This document shows positions 10,584 to 19,982 of a DNA stretch of 64,000 nucleotides, piece by piece. Every line of letters starts with the position of its first letter. Positions within the stretch are counted from its first letter, which is position 1. The notes below the pieces were generated by a model, which saw only the letters and a program-made list of their open reading frames with translations, was not told the origin of the DNA and did not search any database. The translations under genes and the position numbers were made by a program. Origin of the DNA: Theionarchaea archaeon (lineage in GTDB: Archaea; Methanobacteriota_B; Thermococci; Methanofastidiosales; SZ-28-30); contig JACVGT010000003.1 of the NCBI GenBank assembly GCA_018992685.1, positions 128,001 to 192,000 on the forward strand, in the 5' to 3' direction.

Positions 10584-13500
10584 GTGAATATTATGACCAT
10601 GAGCTTGAAAGGAAAGGTAGTTACAGGTCTGTTAGCGTTCCTTCTTATTATTAGTGTAGTTGATATTGGCGCATATGTGGCTGCACCTACCATAAAGTCC
10701 CCTAGCATTGGTTCCACCGGAGTAAGCTGCACGCCCCTTCTGAAGTGGGATGCAGTCGTAGGAGCTTCTAGTTATGAACTGCAACTCTCGAAATACACTA
10801 CTTTCACCAGCAACCTTGTTGATAAGTCACTCAGTACCAACTCCTATCAGGTTGTTACTACTCTTGAAGCATCCACCAAGTACTACTGGAGAGTGAGAAC
10901 TGTGAGTTATGACGATGTGAGTGTATGGGCTACTGCCTATTTCACCACAGGTACATGCGGTGGAGATGGAAGCACAACAACGCTTTCTGCTCCCACGCTG
11001 GTGTCTCCAGCGAATAATACGTCCTGGACCCAGAATCTATATCCTACTTTCCAGTGGCAGGCCGTTACCGGTGCCACTAGCTATACGATTCAGATTTCCC
11101 GCAGCACGGACTTTTCAAGTACTTACAAGGAAAAAGAAGCCACAGTGTACAACACGTATTATATTATTGATACTGCCTTGACCAACTGTTCCAGCTACTA
11201 TTGGAGGGTACGGGCTCTGAACAGTGATGGTGCAGGAAGCTGGTCAAGTACTTGGAAGTTCACTATCCTGTTTCCGCCGAGCCAGCCCATACTGACCTCC
11301 CCCACCAACGGAGCAGTCGTTACTATTCGGAGGCCAGCCTTCACGTGGGAGAGTTCTACAGGTGCAACGGCCTATACGATAGAAATTGACGGTTCCACGT
11401 ATTCTGTATCCACCACAACCTTCACCCCCTATTCCAACCTCAGTACAGGAGCCCACACGTGGCGGGTGAGAGCAACCAGCTGTGGTGGCGGTCAGAATAG
11501 CGACTGGTCTCAGTCGAGAACCTTTACTATAAACCTAGACGATGTGGTCCTGAAGAAACCCGCCAACAACAGTACCGTTACCACTGCCACTCCAACATTC
11601 GAATGGGGGACGGTGGAAGGAGCCACCAAGTACAAGTTGGAAGTGAGAAAAGATACAGTTGATGGCACAAAGGTGTTTGAAGTTGAAGTGACCGGAACCT
11701 CTTTTACTCCCACAGCAATCCTCAATCCCGGTGTCTACGTGTGGCGGGTCATGTCTTTCATGAATGACGCCTGGACTGGTTCCTGGTCCAGCCAACCCTT
11801 CACGTTCACTGTTGAGACAGCGGGGGCTCTAACAGCACCACAGCTTCAATCCCCCACAAATGGATCGACAGTTGACTTCCCCTTGACCATCCGCTGGTCT
11901 TCAGTGACCAGTGCATACAGCTATACCCTTGAGTATTCCCGCAGTGATGATTTCAGCGACTCCACCTCGGTGACGTTGTATGGAACAGAATACACAATAA
12001 GCTCCGATCTCGAGGAGGGCCGCTGGTACTGGCACGTGCGGGCCAACACCTCTCAGGGAGATTCAGGCCCCTGGTCCACCACGTGGAGCTTCGAAGTGGG
12101 GCTTCCTGTTCCCCAATTGGCATCTCCAGAAAACGGTTCCACTCAGGGAACCTCCTCAGTTGCTTTTGACTGGAGCGATGTTACGGGCTCTCAGATTGAG
12201 GGACAGTTGTACGATCTCAGCTACTATGTGCTGCAGTATTCTACCAGCAGTTCTTTTGAGAGCCAGAGTACCATCAGTATCAGCAGTGTGAGTGGTTCCC
12301 CGTTAAGAGAGTCACGTTACGGGCCCATCAACCTGGGGGATGGTACTTACTACTGGAGAGTTAAGGCCGTCTACGTCAAATATCCTGAAGGCACCCTCCG
12401 TGAGGGCTCATGGTCCACTGCATATTCCTTCACCATTTCCACGGGGGGAACAAGCGTTCCTACACTGGTCTCACCGATTGCTGGCTCCATCATGAAAGGC
12501 ACCAGGATAACGCTTGCTTGGAGCCCTGTGGAGAGCACAGGTATTACGGGTTATGTCCTGGTGTACATGAAAGGAACCAGTACGAACCCAGGTAACCCAT
12601 CTCTCTGGACTGCAGGGTCTTATACTGAGGTCATCATCACGGGACAGGCAACGTCTTCGTATTCAGTGACTCTGGTTGAGAATACGCAGGACAAGCCTTA
12701 CTACTGGTGGGCTGTAGCCACTGTCAATAGCAGTGGCCAGAAGGGAGCCTTTCCATCTCCAATCAACTTTTCAATTGACAATACCCCACCCAGTATTTCT
12801 ACCGTAGAACTTGTTCAGCCAGTGAACACAACACTGGCTACTCGAATTCCCACCTTTACGTGGAGAATTCCCCTTGCTAATTATCAGGATGTGGCGAGCT
12901 GGACGCTAGAATATGCCAGCGATACTCAGCTCCAGGAGAATAGAAGAACGATCTCCGGGCTGACTAACCTTTCCACAATTATTTCAGGAGACAAGGCTTC
13001 CATCTCGTATACGTTGCCTTCTTCTCAGGCGTTGACCAACGGGACCTGGTACTGGCACATATCTGCTGCTGACCCGGCGGGAAATGTGTCCACCTTTACA
13101 GCGGTGGTCAGTTTCGTAGTTAGTGCAGGGGAAGAAGAGCCAGCAAAAGTAGCTCTGGTTTCACCTCCCAATGGATTTGAGGATACTCCCAGCAGACCAA
13201 CCTTTTCCTGGCTTCAGGTTCAGGGCGCTACCACCTATCACTTGCAGGTAGATGGTAACAGTAACTTTTCGAGCCCAGAAATTGATCAGGACAGCCTGGT
13301 GACCACCTCTTTCATGGCTACATCAGACCTCGAACCAGGCACATACTACTGGCGCGTGAATTCTAATGCTCCCAATCCAGAGTGGTCGGACGTGTGGTCG
13401 TTCGCAATTACTGGGGAAGCTCCCCCACAGGTAGTCCTCCTGTCGCCCAGCAGCGGTGCTCAGAATATGCCTCCTACTCCATTATTCCAGTGGCAGACTC

Positions 13501-15176
13501 TGGAGGGAGCCAGCACCTACACTCTGGAAGTATCTACCACCACGAGCTTTTCCACCACCCTGGTTAATAAGTCAGGATTGACTACTACCAGCTGGGGAAC
13601 GGCATCAGACTGGGAGGCTAACACTCCCCCGGAACTGGAGCCAGGTACCTACTACTGGAGAGTTTCCTCAAATCTTTCCCAGACAACCTCAGCCATCTGG
13701 AACTTCACTGTTTCAGAAGAAGAGGGAGGTGGGGCTATCTCCTATACAGTGGTGCTTTCTGACCTGAATGGTGATCCCATTTCAGGGGCAACGGTTGCCC
13801 TCAGCAAGGACAATGAAACTGTAGGAACAACGACTACCGATACCTCAGGACGAGCAGTCATTGGAGATCTGGAAAGTGGAACCTACACCGTGGCAGTAAC
13901 AGCTACCGGGTACTCTGGTTACTCAGAGACCATCAGTCTGTCCTCAAGTACCACCAAGAACGTCACCCTGTATCGGGGCGCTGTGATCCACGGGTATGTG
14001 TACTATGACAACACGCAGAATCCTGCAGCCAATGTAGCAGTAAGGATCTATGATACCGAAACGCAGCTGCAGGTTGTCTCCGACATTACTGATACCAGCG
14101 GGTACTTTGCTGTGGACAACATCACAGACAACAAGACATACTACATCATTGTAGAGAACTATGAAGATCAGAAGAAACAGGGAATCGTCCCTGTGGATGC
14201 TCCCACCACGGCCAATGCCATGACGATTATCGTGAAGACCGAAGGGGAGATCATCGGAGTAATCCAAGATGAGGAGGGAGCCCCTCTTCCCGGTGCAAAG
14301 GTTACTCTGAGAGATAGCCAGGGTCAGTTTGTCAACAGCACCTCATCCAGCAATATTGGGTCTTTCAACTTCAAGGTTACTCCCGGACAATACTATGTGG
14401 AAGTGACGCTACCCGGCTACGAAGACTTCCAGGGTGAACTATTCACCGTGGAGTACAAGGAAGTGGAAGATGTCGGGCTGATCACGTTGTTGTCTAGGAC
14501 AGGAAGTCTCGTGGTCAATGTCCAGAGTGTCGATGGAGAATCACTTGAGGCCACAATCACTGTCAAGGACGAGGCAGGAAACATTGTCGACAGCTTCGCT
14601 GTTTCTGGAACAGCCTCTGTGGAGGTTCCAGTAGGCACCTATACACTGGAAGCAACTGCAGAAGGGTATGAAGTCCAGATGGCAAGTAACATCACCATTG
14701 AATCTGGTACGACAGTGTCTCAGGACTTTACGCTCAGTCCAGCAGCAGGATCAATAAAGCTGTACGTGACTGATATCGCGGGCATGCCTCTTGTGGATAC
14801 AGAAGTGTTCCTGGATGGGGAATCCGTTGGAATAACGGACGATGCAGGAACGCTGGTCATCCCTGACGTCTCTCCTGAGGAGCATACCATCAGTGTGCAC
14901 AAGGAGGGATATGTCGACCACAAAGAGATACAGACCATCAATCCTGGCGAGAGTCTGATTCTGGAACTAGCGCTGGATGAGTCAGGGCTGCCACTACTGT
15001 ACGTTGCCATCCCTGTTGTCATTGCTGGTCTGGCAGGAGCCATCTACTATTTCATGCGAAGCAGAGGTGGTGAACCCACCATGAAAGAGAGAAAACCCTC
15101 AGGAAAGGATAAAACAAGAATCCCAACTGGGGCAAGGAAAGAAGGACTTCCTCGGAGAGCGTTCCGGGGGAGATAA
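10584..15176 (+). CDS. Large cell-surface protein: tandem FnIII-like repeats, carboxypeptidase-regulatory-like and PEGA-like domains, C-terminal TM
   Basis: Signal peptide; about 9 repeats P-L-SP-NG...F-W...Y-L...YYWRV; 'G-P--GA-V-L' domains; TM plus basic tail. Confidence 0.85.
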   Translation: MNIMTMSLKGKVVTGLLAFLLIISVVDIGAYVAAPTIKSPSIGSTGVSCTPLLKWDAVVGASSYELQLSKYTTFTSNLVDKSLSTNSYQVVTTLEASTKYYWRVRTVSYDDVSVWATAYFTTGTCGGDGSTTTLSAPTLVSPANNTSWTQNLYPTFQWQAVTGATSYTIQISRSTDFSSTYKEKEATVYNTYYIIDTALTNCSSYYWRVRALNSDGAGSWSSTWKFTILFPPSQPILTSPTNGAVVTIRRPAFTWESSTGATAYTIEIDGSTYSVSTTTFTPYSNLSTGAHTWRVRATSCGGGQNSDWSQSRTFTINLDDVVLKKPANNSTVTTATPTFEWGTVEGATKYKLEVRKDTVDGTKVFEVEVTGTSFTPTAILNPGVYVWRVMSFMNDAWTGSWSSQPFTFTVETAGALTAPQLQSPTNGSTVDFPLTIRWSSVTSAYSYTLEYSRSDDFSDSTSVTLYGTEYTISSDLEEGRWYWHVRANTSQGDSGPWSTTWSFEVGLPVPQLASPENGSTQGTSSVAFDWSDVTGSQIEGQLYDLSYYVLQYSTSSSFESQSTISISSVSGSPLRESRYGPINLGDGTYYWRVKAVYVKYPEGTLREGSWSTAYSFTISTGGTSVPTLVSPIAGSIMKGTRITLAWSPVESTGITGYVLVYMKGTSTNPGNPSLWTAGSYTEVIITGQATSSYSVTLVENTQDKPYYWWAVATVNSSGQKGAFPSPINFSIDNTPPSISTVELVQPVNTTLATRIPTFTWRIPLANYQDVASWTLEYASDTQLQENRRTISGLTNLSTIISGDKASISYTLPSSQALTNGTWYWHISAADPAGNVSTFTAVVSFVVSAGEEEPAKVALVSPPNGFEDTPSRPTFSWLQVQGATTYHLQVDGNSNFSSPEIDQDSLVTTSFMATSDLEPGTYYWRVNSNAPNPEWSDVWSFAITGEAPPQVVLLSPSSGAQNMPPTPLFQWQTLEGASTYTLEVSTTTSFSTTLVNKSGLTTTSWGTASDWEANTPPELEPGTYYWRVSSNLSQTTSAIWNFTVSEEEGGGAISYTVVLSDLNGDPISGATVALSKDNETVGTTTTDTSGRAVIGDLESGTYTVAVTATGYSGYSETISLSSSTTKNVTLYRGAVIHGYVYYDNTQNPAANVAVRIYDTETQLQVVSDITDTSGYFAVDNITDNKTYYIIVENYEDQKKQGIVPVDAPTTANAMTIIVKTEGEIIGVIQDEEGAPLPGAKVTLRDSQGQFVNSTSSSNIGSFNFKVTPGQYYVEVTLPGYEDFQGELFTVEYKEVEDVGLITLLSRTGSLVVNVQSVDGESLEATITVKDEAGNIVDSFAVSGTASVEVPVGTYTLEATAEGYEVQMASNITIESGTTVSQDFTLSPAAGSIKLYVTDIAGMPLVDTEVFLDGESVGITDDAGTLVIPDVSPEEHTISVHKEGYVDHKEIQTINPGESLILELALDESGLPLLYVAIPVVIAGLAGAIYYFMRSRGGEPTMKERKPSGKDKTRIPTGARKEGLPRRAFRGR

Positions 15177-15196
15177 TTTCTCTTTTTTTATTACGT

Positions 15197-15234
15197 AGAG
15201 GAAAAAGCCATACTTATCACATCTCAGGGGAAAT
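15197..15234 (+). repeat. Imperfect ~38-bp direct repeat, copy 1
   Basis: agaggaaaaagccatacttatcacatctcaggggaaat vs copy at 16627. Confidence 0.75.
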
Positions 15235-15432
15235 ATTCTTTTCCTGCTGAACCAATGATTGTCTCTTGAGATAATACGTGGTTCAATACAGGTCTTTCAA
15301 GATCCCCGTATAGAGACTCCTTACTCCTCTTCTTATGGTCTCTTATTCTGTGCAGGAATCAAGTTTGCACAAGAGAGTGTAGACCCAAAATTCTTAGGAT
15401 TTGAAATCTATCAAGAATGGAGGTGACAACCA

Positions 15433-16545
15433 TTGAAAAACAGGACAACCATGATCTTCGTATCGTTTACAATCGTGGGATTTCTGGTGGTGAGTCTGTT
15501 GACCATGTGAAACGCTCTAGCCGGTGAGAAGGACGGGATCTGCACTTCCAGGATAGGTTCTGAAGGAACGAGTGATAGACTGGAAATTCCTCCAACGTAT
15601 GACGGCGTCATCTCCTCTGGTGAGTGGTGTGACGCATATGCGCAGCGGATTGAACTCAAGAGTGCCAATGGCAGGACAGTAGGTGCAGTAAGATATTTCA
15701 TGTACGATGAAGGCCGGGTTTACTTCGCCCTGGTAGTTGGAGGGGAAAGTGAAGAAGTCTATCTGTGGATAGGCCAGGATGAGAGTCAGGCATTCCAAAA
15801 AGGAACCGATATAAAGAGATGCCAGAAATCTGACAACTACAGGGCTACAGATTGGCAGTACAGGGAACTCTATATCTTTGTGGAAGATGAACAACAGGAC
15901 ATCGAGGGGATGGGACGGTATGATGATGTGACAGACAGGACAACAGTAGAACTTGTCATCCCTTTCGATTCTGGAGACGTAAACGATTATAGAATAGAAC
16001 TGGAACCCGGTTTTACTGTAGTATATGGGTCTATTCTTGATGGAGAGTACGCCAAAGCGGAATTAATAGTCTTCCAGAAAGTAATTGCTGAGAATTTGGC
16101 AAGGAAAGCAGAAATGCTGGAGGAATCGGCAACATCATCTGAAGGAGAAGAACTCTGGGAACAGGCTGAGGAATACTGGGAAGAGGAAGCCAGAGTCTGG
16201 GAACAGGTTGAAGAATACTGGAGAAGAGAAGCAGACGAATGGGGAAAATCAGCCTCATACTGGAGAGAAGAGAAGGAATCTCAAGAAGAAGACGGAAATC
16301 AAGAAGGGGCGGACAGGGCTGGAAGGTGTGCAGAGATAGCTGATAGAGAGGCAGAGAAAGCCAGAGAGAATGCAGAAGTAACCAAGGGAAATGCAGAGAA
16401 AGCCAGAGAGAATGCAGAAGAAGCTAAGCGAAATGCAGAGGAAGCCAGGAAAAGAGCATCACGGGTTGTTCTCTGTGTTATTACTATTGTTCCGCTTGGA
16501 GGAGGTGCAGTACTAGTCATTGTTATATTCCGGAGAAGGCGATAA
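15433..16545 (+). pseudogene. Secreted DOMON/CBM9-like protein with coiled-coil stalk and C-terminal TM, interrupted by in-frame TGA at 15508
   Basis: SD GGAGGTGA, TTG 15433, signal peptide MKNRTTMIFVSFTIVGFLVVSLLTM*NALA, then PPTYDGVISSGEW in frame with ORF 15700..16545. Confidence 0.7.
16351..16420 (+). repeat. Intragenic 28-bp repeat with 42-bp period (AEKARENAE heptads)
   Basis: gcagagaaagccagagagaatgcagaag at 16351 and 16393. Confidence 0.8.
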
Positions 16546-16626
16546 CCCCGTCTGATCGGGTGGTACAGGGGGTTATCTATACATCGGACGAGATTCCAAT
16601 AGTAGTATGAAACAGAATAAGAGAAG

Positions 16627-16663
16627 AGAGGAAAAACCCGTGTTTATCACATCTCAGGGAAAT
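16627..16663 (+). repeat. Imperfect direct repeat, copy 2
   Basis: agaggaaaaacccgtgtttatcacatctcagggaaat. Confidence 0.75.
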
Positions 16664-16835
16664 TAGATGTATGCCGATGTCGTAAAAGGTTCTATTGCAG
16701 GTAAATCCTCATAAAGCATCAAGACTCTTTCAAGAGTCGCTCGCTCGCATGATCCTCTGGTACCAGGGTTCCTCCGTATATCAAATCAGACTCTAATGGC
16801 AATATAGTAACAAAAAAAGGAGAAGGAGTATAAAT

Positions 16836-17177
16836 TCACACTTTTTCTACTGTTCCCTTTTCTGCATCTACTTTCAGGCGATTTCCTGTCTCAAACTGGG
16901 AAATATCAATGTGATCCACGCAAGGGATTTCCTCATTGACGATGGCTCTGGGACCGACACCATTTTTCTCCAGGCCGTAGATGACGTATGATCCCACGGT
17001 AGACCCCTTCCCTCGAGGAAATACCAGTATCTTCCCTGTGACTGTCTTACCTTCCAGAGGATGTCCTTTTTCAATGACCATCCCTGTCTTAGGGTCAATG
17101 CCTCCGTAGAACCCAATGGGCTCAGGGGACACGATGGCTTCCCCTTCTGCCTTTCCAGGAGATATCATTCTACCCAT
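16836..17177 (-). CDS. Aconitase X small (swivel, DUF126) subunit; phosphomevalonate dehydratase small subunit
   Basis: GGIDPKTG, HPLEG, FPRGKGSTVGSY; appears to carry an internal deletion. Confidence 0.88.
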   Translation of the reverse strand: MGRMISPGKAEGEAIVSPEPIGFYGGIDPKTGMVIEKGHPLEGKTVTGKILVFPRGKGSTVGSYVIYGLEKNGVGPRAIVNEEIPCVDHIDISQFETGNRLKVDAEKGTVEKV

Positions 17178-18364
17178 CAGAGCACCTCCTTCACCAGAGA
17201 TTCTGTGTCTTTGAAGACCACTTTCTGCTTGCAGAAGCCGGGCAAATACTGGGCTGCTTTCCCGGAGTTACAACCAGTTACTTTGTATCCCATGGCTTCA
17301 ATGGGTGACACGACCATGCAGGTATCTGCCACGATGCGTCCACCTGCTTTTTCAATAGTTTCTGTGTAACCCATGCGGTTGGCTGCTTCCTTCATTACTC
17401 TGGAAGTACAGACCCACAGAGGTTTCTTCAAGGCCTTCCCTTCTAGCAGAGAAGCTATGTGCTGAATATCTTTCAGCGAGGCATGAGGACAGCCAAGAAT
17501 GACAATATCAGGGGGTTCTCCTGAGTTTAATGCATCATAGGTTTCCTCTATCTCTTTTTCTGTAACAGAAATCTTCTCGATGTTCTCTGTCTTCTGGAGA
17601 TGGGCCTCTGGAGTCAATCCTTCAGCGTAGTACAGAGCCACAGCACCTGATGCCGCCATGGCGGCGCCCAGTGCCTTCAGGTTGTCAGTTGTTGTCCATT
17701 CAGGAAGTCCCCTATAGTACGGGATCTTATCCTTGACTACCTTTCCGATGTGCCAACCCAGTGCTCCGAAATCTGAATCTTTCTCAAGCCGTGCAGAGAC
17801 ATCTATCACAAAATGAGGAGCTCTGTTTTCATCCACATGGAGACCGTAATTGGGTGTCTTTCCCAGGAGCGCTGCAGCCAGTGCACTGGGACCTCCTTCC
17901 CTGTTTGTCCGGGCAGAAAGCACTGAATTGGCAAAGGATACAGCTGATGATTCTGACCAGGCTATGTGTTCTCTGAACCGGGGCAAGTTGCCTGCGAGGT
18001 ACGGGGTACAGGTAGAGGTTACAATGATACCCATGGTCTTGAATGCGTTCATGATCCGCAGTTGCTCTCCTGCAAAATCTGCAGGGAATCCTACAATATC
18101 CCAGTCTTCGAGATCCATTCCTGCAGGGTTCAAAAAGGTCAGAACCTTCACTCTGGCCCCCTTGGATGCCAGGTCTTCCAGAAATTCAGTCCCAGGATCC
18201 CCAATTGACTTGTAGCTCACGCCTGCCACCTGGACGGATCCCACGGGGATCATTTTGTCTGCCCCATAGATGTCGCCCAACCGAGAAAGCAGGCGCATCA
18301 TTCTTTCCAGCACGGGGCCCTTTTCTCCATTTAAGATGTTTTCTTCTTCTTTGGTCAAATACAT
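17177..18364 (-). CDS. Aconitase X large (DUF521) subunit; phosphomevalonate dehydratase large subunit
   Basis: GVSYKSIGD, TCTPY, WSESSA, RTNREGG, GCPHAS, DTCMVVSP, NSGKAA. Confidence 0.93.
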   Translation of the reverse strand: MYLTKEEENILNGEKGPVLERMMRLLSRLGDIYGADKMIPVGSVQVAGVSYKSIGDPGTEFLEDLASKGARVKVLTFLNPAGMDLEDWDIVGFPADFAGEQLRIMNAFKTMGIIVTSTCTPYLAGNLPRFREHIAWSESSAVSFANSVLSARTNREGGPSALAAALLGKTPNYGLHVDENRAPHFVIDVSARLEKDSDFGALGWHIGKVVKDKIPYYRGLPEWTTTDNLKALGAAMAASGAVALYYAEGLTPEAHLQKTENIEKISVTEKEIEETYDALNSGEPPDIVILGCPHASLKDIQHIASLLEGKALKKPLWVCTSRVMKEAANRMGYTETIEKAGGRIVADTCMVVSPIEAMGYKVTGCNSGKAAQYLPGFCKQKVVFKDTESLVKEVL

Positions 18365-18672
18365 GTTACCAACTCCTTACAATTCCTCACAATGATCTCA
18401 ATTTCTGCTTTTGAAGCATTATCAATGTGGATGCCCCCCACAGCCACACAGGTGACCTTGTACTTCTCACTCGCCTCGCGTGCGATAGGTTCTAAAATTA
18501 GGTAATCATAGTGCGTTCCCAGCCTTACCGTGATGATGTCTTTTCCTGGTTCTCCTACCACAACGCTGCCTACATGCGGCCGTTCGCCCCCACCCAGGAT
18601 ATACAGTCTATCCACGCCAATTTTCTCTTCCTTTAGCCACACCTTGTATCTCCCTTCACCTGAGGTAATCAT
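18355..18672 (-). CDS. LpdD-like prenylated-flavin chaperone (PAC4-like fold)
   Basis: IG-D....GG..PHVG, HYD, GGIHID motifs resemble LpdD as I recall it; sits directly downstream of ubiD. Confidence 0.72.
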   Translation of the reverse strand: MITSGEGRYKVWLKEEKIGVDRLYILGGGERPHVGSVVVGEPGKDIITVRLGTHYDYLILEPIAREASEKYKVTCVAVGGIHIDNASKAEIEIIVRNCKELVTCI

Positions 18673-19969
18673 TGAGATCGACATCCGTATAGGATACCTT
18701 CTGATATTTCTCAGGGTCAACTCCCGGGGGTATGGTAGCATCTAACCCCACTTTGGCTGTTTTGGTTTTCTTCCCTGAATGGTCACCACTGGGATCAAGA
18801 GAGGAACCGGGCTGATCTGGATGTACAACAAGATCACGGTGTCCCTGAAACCTGGTAGCAATGGCCCACTCCACAGCGTAGGGATTATAAATATCCACAT
18901 CCTCATCCACGATAACCACGTGCTTCATGGACCCATGTCCCTTGAAGGCTGCTTCGATGGCATTTCTTGCATCATCAGGCCCTTTCTTTTGAATCTGGAC
19001 AATCCCGTGCAGCCATGAACCCCCACCTAACGTGACCAGCACATTCTTACAGCTAGCTACCTTTGATACCTCATCGTAAATGGTGGGTTCTTTGGGCATC
19101 CCCATGAGGATTTTATGTTCCATTCTCCCGGGTATGAGTACCTGCCACATGGCATCTTTGCGATGTGTGATACAGTCGATAACGAATACAGGTTCCTGTC
19201 GTTCAAAATCTCGAGTTTCAGTGAGGTCTACGAAGGGCCCTTCTCGATCAAGGTCACGGGTAATCCTCCCTTCCAGGACGAACTCAGATTCAGCAGGTAC
19301 TTCGAGGTTCTTGGTGCGACATTTCACCAGCTTTGTTTCATCCAGTGCATTGGCAATGGAAAGCTCATCAGTACCTGGAGGGGGTCCCAAAGAGGCAGCA
19401 ACCATGATGGGGACACTATTCCCCACGCAAATCGCCATTTCCAGGTCTCCTTCCGTCTTATCGTAAGTCGTGCGGGTCTGCCTCTTAGGAATCAGCCGTG
19501 CAGTACATGTGTTCTTCCCAATCTGCATGATCCTGTGGTAACAGGCATTTCTCCCCGTCTCAGGGTCTTTGATGATGGCTACTGTGGCTGTCCCATACCG
19601 TCCGCCATCGCCAGGCAGGTGGAATAGCATGGGGATTGCATCCAGGTTCACCTCATCTCCCTGGAGGACCACATCCTGACAGGGGGCACTTGAGACCATT
19701 TCAGGTTCTTTTGGGCCCCTCAAAGCTTCTACAAGTTTTATGAGAAGACCTTCTTTGGTAGTACTGAGAGCGCGGGCTATGATATCTCTGTCTGACGTTA
19801 TGCCCCCAAACAAGGGGAATTCAAACCCTTTCACTTTCTCAAAGATGGTGGGCTTTTCGCACAGTGTGTTGAGGATATTGGCTACCTCGTATTCATGACT
19901 TACTGGTCTTGTTATGCGGACCAGATCTCCCGTTTGTTCCAGATTCTTCAGGAATTCTCTCAGGTTCAT
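18656..19969 (-). CDS. ubiD: UbiD family decarboxylase; likely trans-anhydromevalonate phosphate decarboxylase
   Basis: DGGRY, YHR, EGPFVD, EH..LMG.P.EP, KHVVIVDEDVD, EWAIATRFQ, SSLDPS; context with mvk and acnX. Confidence 0.9.
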   Translation of the reverse strand: MNLREFLKNLEQTGDLVRITRPVSHEYEVANILNTLCEKPTIFEKVKGFEFPLFGGITSDRDIIARALSTTKEGLLIKLVEALRGPKEPEMVSSAPCQDVVLQGDEVNLDAIPMLFHLPGDGGRYGTATVAIIKDPETGRNACYHRIMQIGKNTCTARLIPKRQTRTTYDKTEGDLEMAICVGNSVPIMVAASLGPPPGTDELSIANALDETKLVKCRTKNLEVPAESEFVLEGRITRDLDREGPFVDLTETRDFERQEPVFVIDCITHRKDAMWQVLIPGRMEHKILMGMPKEPTIYDEVSKVASCKNVLVTLGGGSWLHGIVQIQKKGPDDARNAIEAAFKGHGSMKHVVIVDEDVDIYNPYAVEWAIATRFQGHRDLVVHPDQPGSSLDPSGDHSGKKTKTAKVGLDATIPPGVDPEKYQKVSYTDVDLNDYLR

Positions 19970-19982
19970 ACTATCACCTTTA

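Noticed and set aside
15508-15510. Selenocysteine codon
   Set aside because: Lies in a signal peptide with no redox motif and no recognisable SECIS; redox proteins in the window use Cys
16541-16577. Integron attC site (GATAAC...GTTATC overlapping the stop codon)
   Set aside because: Only ~37 bp, no L boxes, no array or integrase; more likely a terminator hairpin
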